Below are positions 57,349 to 64,000 of a stretch of DNA of 64,000 nt, in pieces. The notes below the pieces were generated by a model. The model was not told where the DNA came from and made no database searches. It saw only the letters and a program-made list of their open reading frames with translations. Each line of letters begins with the position of its first letter. Position 1 is the first letter of the stretch. The DNA comes from Jatrophihabitantaceae bacterium (GTDB lineage: Bacteria; Actinomycetota; Actinomycetes; Mycobacteriales; Jatrophihabitantaceae). A program made the translations under genes and the position numbers. The stretch covers positions 5,167-69,166 of the forward strand of contig DASYGT010000022.1 in NCBI GenBank assembly GCA_035999365.1. Direction: 5' to 3'.

Positions 57349-58436
57349 AGACGATTCTGCTCGCCGCCGTCGTCTCCCTGCTCACCTCGATCCTCTGCAC
57401 CCCGCTGGTCGTCGCGTTCTTCCGCAGGCGCGGGTTCGGCCAGGAGATCCGCACGGACGGCCCGCAGACACACCTGGTCAAGCGCGGTACGCCGACGATG
57501 GGCGGCGTGGCGATCATCGGCTCGACCGTGTTCGGCTACGTCGTCGCTCACGTGATCATCGTCGCCCGTGGCGGCGGCGGCCCGAACGCGTCGGGGCTGC
57601 TGGCCCTGTTCCTCATGGTGGGTCTCGGCGGTGTCGGCTTTCTCGACGACTTCATCAAGATCCGCCGCCAGCGCAACCTCGGGCTGCGGGCCCGTGCGAA
57701 GTTCGGCGGCCAGCTCGTGGTGGGCCTGACGTTCGCGGTGCTCACCCTGCAATTCCGCGACAAGAACGGCGTGACGCCGGCCTCGACGCACCTGTCCTAC
57801 GTTCGCGACATCTCCGCGATCGGGCTCGGCACGGTGGGCTTCCTCGCGCTTGCGTACGTCATCATCGCCGCCACGTCCAACGCAGTGAACCTGACCGACG
57901 GCCTCGACGGCCTGGCCGCGGGCGCTTCGGCGATGGTATTCGGAGCGTTCACGCTCATCGAGTTCCTGCAATTCCGCAACCCGTGCGCGCCGACGTTTCA
58001 CCCCGGCTGCTATGTCGTACGCGATCCGCTCGATCTCGCCCTCGTGGCCGCATCGGCGATGAGCGCGTGCTTCGGATTCCTGTGGTGGAACGCGTCACCC
58101 GCGCAGATCTTCATGGGCGACACCGGCTCGATGGCGCTCGGCGGGCTGATGGCCGGGCTTGCCATCCTGTCGCACACCGAGCTGCTGCTCGTCGTGCTGG
58201 GTGGGCTCTTCGCCATGGTGACCTTGTCGGGGATCATCCAGACCGGATGGTTCAAATTCACCCGCATCCGATCCGGGACGGGGCGACGGGTCTTCCGAAT
58301 GGCACCGCTGCATCACCACTTCGAGCTCGGCGGTTGGGAAGAAGTCACGATCATCGTCCGGTTCTGGATCGTCGCCGGCATCGCCGTGGCGTTCGGGATG
58401 GGGCTGTTCTACGCGGACTTCATCGGCAATGGCTGA
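57345..58436 (+). CDS. mraY: phospho-N-acetylmuramoyl-pentapeptide transferase
   Basis: ORF 57153..58436 trimmed to GTG 57345, which overlaps the murF stop (GTGA). 363 aa. [31 protein letters not shown]. Confidence 0.94.
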   Translation: MKTILLAAVVSLLTSILCTPLVVAFFRRRGFGQEIRTDGPQTHLVKRGTPTMGGVAIIGSTVFGYVVAHVIIVARGGGGPNASGLLALFLMVGLGGVGFLDDFIKIRRQRNLGLRARAKFGGQLVVGLTFAVLTLQFRDKNGVTPASTHLSYVRDISAIGLGTVGFLALAYVIIAATSNAVNLTDGLDGLAAGASAMVFGAFTLIEFLQFRNPCAPTFHPGCYVVRDPLDLALVAASAMSACFGFLWWNASPAQIFMGDTGSMALGGLMAGLAILSHTELLLVVLGGLFAMVTLSGIIQTGWFKFTRIRSGTGRRVFRMAPLHHHFELGGWEEVTIIVRFWIVAGIAVAFGMGLFYADFIGNG

Positions 58437-59829
58437 GCCGGTCGGCGCCTATGCAGCGGCGACCGTCCGCGCCTCGATGACCGGCGAGACCGTCCTCGTC
58501 TGCGGTGCGGGTCTGGCCGGCGAGTCCGCGGTGCGTGCCCTCCTCGCCCGCGGCGCTCGGGTGTTGCTGGCGGATCGAGTCGAATCTGCGGCCGTCTCCG
58601 CGCTGGTCGGCGCCGGTGCCGAGTTCGTGGGTTCACCCACGGCGGTGCCCGGCGAGGTGGACCTGGTCGTGACCTCGCCGGGCTGGCGCCCGGACCATCC
58701 GTTGCTCCGTTCGGCGCTGGACGCGGGTATCGAGGTCATCGGCGAGGTTGAGTTCGCCTGGCGTCTCCGGGGCCCGGACGCTGCGCCGTGGCTGGCGATC
58801 ACGGGCACGAACGGCAAGACCACCACCGCGCGCATGCTCGAGTCGATCTTGCAGGCATCCGGAGCGAGAGCGCTCGCCGTCGGCAATGTCGGTGTGTCGA
58901 TCATCGACGCGGTGACGGCGGAAGTGCCCTACGACGTGCTGTCGGTCGAGCTGTCCAGCTTCCAGCTGCACTGGTCGTCGACGATCGCACCAGCGGCCGG
59001 GGTGATGCTCAATCTCGCACCCGATCACCTCGACTGGCACGGCTCGATGGCCGCTTACGCCACGGCCAAGTCACGCGTATGGGGCGGCTGGCTGGCCATC
59101 GGAAACCTCGACGATCCGCAGGTCGTGACGCTTCTGGCGTCCGTCGACACACCCACCCGCGTCGGCTTCACGCTGCGCGATCCGCAGAGCGGCGAGCTCG
59201 GTGTTCGCGACGGCATGCTCGTCGACTGCGCGTTCGACACCGCTCTCGAACTGCTGCCGGCCGCCGACATCAGACCGGCGGGTGCACACAATGTGGCCAA
59301 CGCGCTCGCCGCAGCAGCGCTTGCACGAGCGCATGGACTCACCGCCGAAGACGTGGCGGCCGGGCTGCGCAGCTTCGTCCCCGACCCGCATCGCAACCAA
59401 TTCGTGGCGACGGTGGGCGGCGTCGACTTCGTCGACGACAGCAAGGCAACGAACCCGCATGCGGCCCTCGCATCCCTGACCGCGTACGACAGAGTCGTCT
59501 GGATCGCCGGTGGCCAGCTGAAGGATGCACCGGTCGACGAGCTCGTCGAAGCGATCGCACCTCGGCTCGGCGGCGCCGTTCTGCTCGGCGCCGATAGGGC
59601 GACGCTTGCCGACGCATTAGGACGACACGCGCCGGATGTGCCGCTCATCGAGGTTTCGAGCACCGACGATGGTGTGATGACCGAGGTGGTGCACGCCGCG
59701 GCCGGGCTGGCACGTCCCGGCGACACCGTACTGCTCGCCCCTGCAGCCGCCTCGTACGACATGTTCACCGGGTACGCCGCACGCGGCGACCAGTTCGTAG
59801 CGGCCGTCCGGCGGCTCGAACACCGATGA
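58429..59829 (+). CDS. murD: UDP-N-acetylmuramoylalanine--D-glutamate ligase
   Basis: 466 aa. [39 protein letters not shown] 58429 overlaps mraY by 8 nt; an alternative is ATG 58477. Confidence 0.92.
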   Translation: MAEPVGAYAAATVRASMTGETVLVCGAGLAGESAVRALLARGARVLLADRVESAAVSALVGAGAEFVGSPTAVPGEVDLVVTSPGWRPDHPLLRSALDAGIEVIGEVEFAWRLRGPDAAPWLAITGTNGKTTTARMLESILQASGARALAVGNVGVSIIDAVTAEVPYDVLSVELSSFQLHWSSTIAPAAGVMLNLAPDHLDWHGSMAAYATAKSRVWGGWLAIGNLDDPQVVTLLASVDTPTRVGFTLRDPQSGELGVRDGMLVDCAFDTALELLPAADIRPAGAHNVANALAAAALARAHGLTAEDVAAGLRSFVPDPHRNQFVATVGGVDFVDDSKATNPHAALASLTAYDRVVWIAGGQLKDAPVDELVEAIAPRLGGAVLLGADRATLADALGRHAPDVPLIEVSSTDDGVMTEVVHAAAGLARPGDTVLLAPAAASYDMFTGYAARGDQFVAAVRRLEHR

Positions 59830-61307
59830 CGACCGCCGACGCGGGCGGCGCCCTGGCGAGGGCGCGCGCATCGATCCGCGAGCGGGTGCGTCCCGGAACG
59901 GCCGGCGCCCGCTTCGTCGACAAGCCGTTCGCCTCGGTCCAGCTGCTGCTGCTCGCGGCCGGAGGACTGCTCGGCTTCGGCCTGCTGATGGCCGTCTCGA
60001 CCACGATCGCGGCCTCGCACAACACCGGCGGCGGGTCGATCTGGTCGCAGATGATCAAGGAGGCCGAGTTCGTCGGCCTGGGTGTGCCACTGTTCTGGTT
60101 CGCCGTGCGCCTTCCACCACGTGCGTACCGTTTGCTTGCGTACCCGATGCTCGCTATCGCCACCGTCGCACTCGTCGCCGTGCTGATCCCTGGAGTCGGT
60201 ATCAGTGCCTACGGCGCTCGCCGGTGGATCGACGTCGGCCCGCTGCAGCTGCAGCCATCGGAGTTTGCGAAGGTCGCCCTGTTGTTGTGGGGGGCCGACC
60301 TGCTCGCGCGCAAGCAGCAGTTCGGCACCCTGCGCCGCGCCCGCCACCTGTTCGTACCGCTCGTCCCCGGCTTCCTCCTGATCATCCTGCTCGTGATGCT
60401 CGAGCCGGATCTCGGCACGACCTGCTGCTTCCTGCTGATCCTGCTCGGCTTGCTGTGGATGGTCGGCATGCCGATGCGGTACTTCGCCACCGTCGTCGTC
60501 CTCATTGCCGGCGCAGTCACGGCGCTGGCATTCGCGGCGCCATATCGGTGGGAACGGATCACCACCTTCCTGCATCCGTTCAAGGACGCCCAGAACAGCG
60601 GCTTCCACACCGTCGAGGGGCTCTACGCGCTTGCGTCCGGCGGCGTCTTCGGTGTCGGCATCGGCCAAGGCACGTCCAAGTACGGCTGGGTGCCGAACGC
60701 CAACTCCGACTACGTGTTCGCGATCATCGGCGAGGAGCTCGGACTGCTCGGCTGCCTGTCGGTACTCGCCCTCTTCGGGCTCCTGGCCTACACCGGAATG
60801 CGCATCGCGCGGCGGAACGCGGATCCGTTCGTACGCATCGTCGCCGGTGCCGCGACTGTGTGGCTGTGCGGACAGGCGGTGATCAACGTCGGGTACGTGT
60901 GCGGGTTGCTACCCGTCACCGGTATCCCGCTGCCGTTCATCTCCGCCGGTGGTACGTCGCTGCTCGCGTCGTTCTTCGTCCTGGGCATGCTGACGTCCTT
61001 CGCCCGGCACGAGACGCCGGCCGTAGCGGCCGCACGCAGAGCGGAGCGGCGCGGGACCCGCACCCGGTTGGAACGGGTGTTGCGGATCCCGGTGCCGCGC
61101 CCGTACGCGGCCCCGAAGCGCCGCGTCGCCGCGTCGCCGCAGCGGCAGTCGCGTTCCACACCGGAACGGGCTTCGCGCACGCCGGCGTCGGTACCCGCGC
61201 GCCGCGCCGCCCCATCGCCGGTGCGCTCTGCATCGCCACGCGTACGAGGCTCGGCAGGCTCGCTCCGCGCGACGGGCACCGACGGAGTACCGCGGAGGGT
61301 GCGGTGA
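59826..61307 (+). CDS. ftsW: SEDS peptidoglycan glycosyltransferase FtsW with Arg/Pro/Ser-rich C-terminal tail
   Basis: 493 aa. ATGA overlap with murD. About ten TM helices. QPSEFAK, NSDYVFAIIGEELG, PLPFISAGGTS. Confidence 0.93.
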   Translation: MTTADAGGALARARASIRERVRPGTAGARFVDKPFASVQLLLLAAGGLLGFGLLMAVSTTIAASHNTGGGSIWSQMIKEAEFVGLGVPLFWFAVRLPPRAYRLLAYPMLAIATVALVAVLIPGVGISAYGARRWIDVGPLQLQPSEFAKVALLLWGADLLARKQQFGTLRRARHLFVPLVPGFLLIILLVMLEPDLGTTCCFLLILLGLLWMVGMPMRYFATVVVLIAGAVTALAFAAPYRWERITTFLHPFKDAQNSGFHTVEGLYALASGGVFGVGIGQGTSKYGWVPNANSDYVFAIIGEELGLLGCLSVLALFGLLAYTGMRIARRNADPFVRIVAGAATVWLCGQAVINVGYVCGLLPVTGIPLPFISAGGTSLLASFFVLGMLTSFARHETPAVAAARRAERRGTRTRLERVLRIPVPRPYAAPKRRVAASPQRQSRSTPERASRTPASVPARRAAPSPVRSASPRVRGSAGSLRATGTDGVPRRVR

Positions 61308-62443
61308 CCGGTCCCGGCTCGTCCGGACCGCGGGTGGTCGTCGCGGGCGGGGGGACCGCGGGGCACATCGAGCCCGCCATGAATCTGGCAGACGAGGTCA
61401 TGCGCCTCGACCCCACGGCGGTCGTCACAGCCCTGGGATCGACGAAGGGCCTCGACACCACGCTGATCCCGGCACGGGGCTTTCCCCTCGAGCTGATCCC
61501 GCCCGTTCCGCTGCCCCGTCGGCTGGGCCGGGATCTGTTCGCGACGCCGGGAAAGCTGCGCGGGGCCGTCGCCGTGGCGAGCGAGATACTCGAGCGCGTG
61601 CGGGCCGATGTCGTCGTCGGCTTCGGCGGCTACGTGGCGGTGCCTGCGTATCTCGCGGCGCGGCAGCTGGACCTGCCCATCGTGGTACACGAGGCCAACG
61701 CCAAGCCAGGGCTGGCCAATCGCGCAGCTGCGCGCATGACCACGCATGTCTTCACCGCCGTCCGCGAGGGTCATCTGCCGCACGCGACGGTGATCGGTGT
61801 ACCGCTGCGGCCAGAGATCGCCGGGCTGAACCGTGACGCGTTGCGCGCGCAGGCGCGCAGTCGGTTCGGCCTCGACGCCGACCGCCCCACGCTGCTCGTC
61901 ACCGGTGGCTCCCAGGGCGCCCGGTCGATCAACTGGGCGGCATCCGGCGCCGCGCCGGGGCTGCTCGATGCCGGGGTACAGGTGTTGCACGTGATCGGCC
62001 CGAAGAACGTGCTGGAGGTTCCCACTACTGCTGGCGATCCTCCGTATGTGATCGTGCCGTTCGTCGAGCACATGGAATACGCCTACGCGGCGGCCGACTT
62101 CGCACTGTGCCGGTGCGGCGCGATGACCTGTGCGGAGTTGTCCGCGGTGGGGCTGCCCGCGGCCTACGTCCCGTACCCGGTGGGCAACGGTGAGCAGCGC
62201 TTCAACGCGGAGCCGATCGTCAAGGCGGGGGGCGGCGTGCTGGTCGACGACGCTGATCTCACTCCCGCCTGGGTCCTGGACAACATCGTGCCGCGCATCA
62301 CCGATGCCGACACCGTGACGCGGATGTCGAACGCTGCGGCGCATGCTGGTTCTCGGGACGCCGCGACGGTCCTTGCCCAGCATGTCCTGACCGTCGCGGC
62401 CGAGCACCGCCGATTCGCCCATAAGACACGGAGACCTCGATGA
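61304..62443 (+). CDS. murG: UDP-N-acetylglucosamine--N-acetylmuramyl-(pentapeptide) pyrophosphoryl-undecaprenol GlcNAc transferase
   Basis: ORF 60224..62443 trimmed to GTG 61304, which overlaps the ftsW stop (GTGA). 379 aa. VVVAGGGTAGHIEPA, LLVTGGSQGARSIN, CRCGAMTCAEL. Confidence 0.93.
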   Translation: MTGPGSSGPRVVVAGGGTAGHIEPAMNLADEVMRLDPTAVVTALGSTKGLDTTLIPARGFPLELIPPVPLPRRLGRDLFATPGKLRGAVAVASEILERVRADVVVGFGGYVAVPAYLAARQLDLPIVVHEANAKPGLANRAAARMTTHVFTAVREGHLPHATVIGVPLRPEIAGLNRDALRAQARSRFGLDADRPTLLVTGGSQGARSINWAASGAAPGLLDAGVQVLHVIGPKNVLEVPTTAGDPPYVIVPFVEHMEYAYAAADFALCRCGAMTCAELSAVGLPAAYVPYPVGNGEQRFNAEPIVKAGGGVLVDDADLTPAWVLDNIVPRITDADTVTRMSNAAAHAGSRDAATVLAQHVLTVAAEHRRFAHKTRRPR

Positions 62444-63945
62444 CGCGCCCGACGGAGGACGCCGCCGCCGGCAGACCAGACGACTGGGCGGCCCCTGGAG
62501 CCTCGCTGGTGCGCAGCGCGGCGACCGATGCGGTGCCGCCGCTCCGCGAGTTGGGGCGTGTGCACATCATGGGGATCGCTGGTGCCGGCATGAGCGGGCT
62601 CGCACGCATCCTGATCGAGCGGGGTGTCGCCGTCAGCGGTTGCGAGGCGCGCGAATCGATCACCGTTGCCGCGCTGCGCGCCCTCGGCGCCGACGTCATG
62701 ATCGGTCACTCGCCGCACCACCTCGACACTGCGGACAGTTTCGTCTACACCACCGCGATCAACCCGAAGGCCGAGGAGTTCGTCGCTGCACGTGCGAGCG
62801 GCAAACCTGTACTCCGCCGTGCGGCAGCACTCGCCGCCGCTCTGGAGGACAAGCGTTGCGTGGCGATCTCCGGCACGCACGGCAAGACGACCACGACGTC
62901 GCTCCTGACCGTCGGCGCTCAGGCGTGCGGCGTCGACCCATCATTCGCGATCGGCGGCAACCTCTACGAGACCGGTCGCAACGCACACCTCGGTTCGGGA
63001 CATCTCGCCATCGTCGAGGCCGACGAGAGCGATGGCTCGTTCCTCCTGACGCGCCCTGTCGCAGCGATCGTCACGAACGTCGAAGCCGACCATCTGGAGA
63101 ACCACGGCGATCTCGAGGGCATCTTCCGTGCATTCGAGCTCTTCGTCGACCGGGTGGATCGGGCGGGTCTGGTGCTGGCCTGCGCCGACGATCCTGGTTC
63201 CGCACGGATCGCCGGATATGCCCGCAGCGCTGGGCGGAGGGTATTGACGTACGGCGAGCACGACGACGCCGACGTCCGAGTGAGCGACATCGACGCACTG
63301 GCGGACGCGGTCGAATTCACCGTGTCGGGTGGCGGACTCGGCACCCGACACGTCCGGGTTGGCGCGCTGATCGGCCGGCACATGGCACTCAACGCTGCAG
63401 CTGCACTGGCCATGGCGGCCGAGCTCGGCCTCGATATCGATGCCGTCATCGGGGCATGGGCATCCTTTCGCGGGGTGCACCGGCGCTTCGAGCCGCACGG
63501 GTCTGGCGGCGGAGTCCAGGTTTTCGACGACTACGCGCACCACCCGACCGAGATCGCGGCGTCACTCACTGCCGCCAAGGCCGCCGTGCCCGACGGGGGT
63601 CGGCTCATCGCCGTGTTCCAGCCAGGGACCTACAGCCGGACGCAGACCTTCGCCCGCGAATTCGCCGAGGCGATGGCGATCGCCGACATCGCCATCGTGA
63701 TGGACATCTTCCCGGCGCGCGAGGAGCCGATACCCGGCGTCACCGGCGCCACGATCAGCGACCTCATCCCGCTGCCGCCCGAGCGCGTCATCTACGAACC
63801 GAGCTACGCGGCGGTGCCGCGGCGCGTTGCCGACGTCGCCGCTCCGGGTGACCTGGTGCTGACGATGGGCATCGGCAACGTCTACCTGCTCTGCCCCGAG
63901 ATACGCGACGCCTGCGCGCGCGCTGCCGCGGAGGTGCAGTCATGA
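62440..63945 (+). CDS. murC: UDP-N-acetylmuramate--L-alanine ligase
   Basis: 501 aa. ATGA overlap with murG. HIMGIAGAGMSGLA, ISGTHGKTTTTSL, DDYAHHPTEI. Confidence 0.94.
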   Translation: MTRPTEDAAAGRPDDWAAPGASLVRSAATDAVPPLRELGRVHIMGIAGAGMSGLARILIERGVAVSGCEARESITVAALRALGADVMIGHSPHHLDTADSFVYTTAINPKAEEFVAARASGKPVLRRAAALAAALEDKRCVAISGTHGKTTTTSLLTVGAQACGVDPSFAIGGNLYETGRNAHLGSGHLAIVEADESDGSFLLTRPVAAIVTNVEADHLENHGDLEGIFRAFELFVDRVDRAGLVLACADDPGSARIAGYARSAGRRVLTYGEHDDADVRVSDIDALADAVEFTVSGGGLGTRHVRVGALIGRHMALNAAAALAMAAELGLDIDAVIGAWASFRGVHRRFEPHGSGGGVQVFDDYAHHPTEIAASLTAAKAAVPDGGRLIAVFQPGTYSRTQTFAREFAEAMAIADIAIVMDIFPAREEPIPGVTGATISDLIPLPPERVIYEPSYAAVPRRVADVAAPGDLVLTMGIGNVYLLCPEIRDACARAAAEVQS

Positions 63946-64000
63946 CGACGACCCGGCTGCCGGGCCTCGGCGTGAAAGGCACGGATCAGGCGGCCCCACC
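63942..64000 (+). CDS. ftsQ: start of cell division protein FtsQ (only the first 19 codons are in the window)
   Basis: ATG 63942 overlaps the murC stop (ATGA) and the frame stays open to the window end (MTTTRLPGLGVKGTDQAAP...). Identity is inferred only from the invariant murC-ftsQ order in dcw clusters. Confidence 0.45.
   Translation, partial: MTTTRLPGLGVKGTDQAAP

Noticed and set aside
59055-62422. Minus-strand ORFs 59055..60668 (537 aa) and 60788..62422 (544 aa)
   Set aside because: They are antisense to murD, ftsW and murG, with no motifs and Arg/Pro/Ala-rich junk composition.

Overview
Very GC-rich actinobacterial chromosomal core (third codon positions almost all G/C, which produces many long spurious antisense ORFs). 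From my memory of M. tuberculosis H37Rv (not searched), the gene order closely parallels qcrC/ctaE - trpD - Rv2191 - ripC - pimB - fadD15 - TB16.3/ArsA-like - plsC - Rv2179c - aroG - pknL - Rv2175c - idsA2 - MTHFR - DUF3040 - mraZ/rsmH/ftsL/ftsI/murE/murF/mraY/murD/ftsW/murG/murC/ftsQ (dcw cluster). I call 64 protein-coding genes (two cut by the window edges), one c-di-AMP (ydaO-type) riboswitch, and several candidate cis elements: an MraZ operator repeat array, a LexA/SOS box, a start-codon-occluding hairpin and a possible mraW-type leader. I saw no rRNA, tRNA, CRISPR array, transposase, integrase or phage genes. Several blocks appear inserted into the conserved backbone: a carotenoid operon (idsA/crtE-crtI-crtB plus split lycopene cyclase), a sirA-cysH / cysG sulfite-reduction block, a second (class I-beta) DAHP synthase, a MoxR-DUF58-transglutaminase operon divergent from mraZ, and two methyltransferase-fold genes between the PASTA kinase and its Rv2175c-like partner. 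The most interesting candidates for poorly described biology are listed here. (1) An SOS-box-fronted HEPN(Rx4H)-methyltransferase-DinB operon. (2) The MoxR-DUF58-TgpA module abutting the cell-division promoter. (3) A tightly packed SRPBCC-SRPBCC-ArsA-like-CxxCxxC-glucokinase-EEP run. (4) A divergent DEDD/GIY-YIG nuclease and NYN coiled-coil pair followed by a Cys4 mini-protein. All functional calls rest on motifs read by eye from the supplied translations plus recalled family knowledge. No search, alignment or RNA folding was run, and many start codons are judgement calls.
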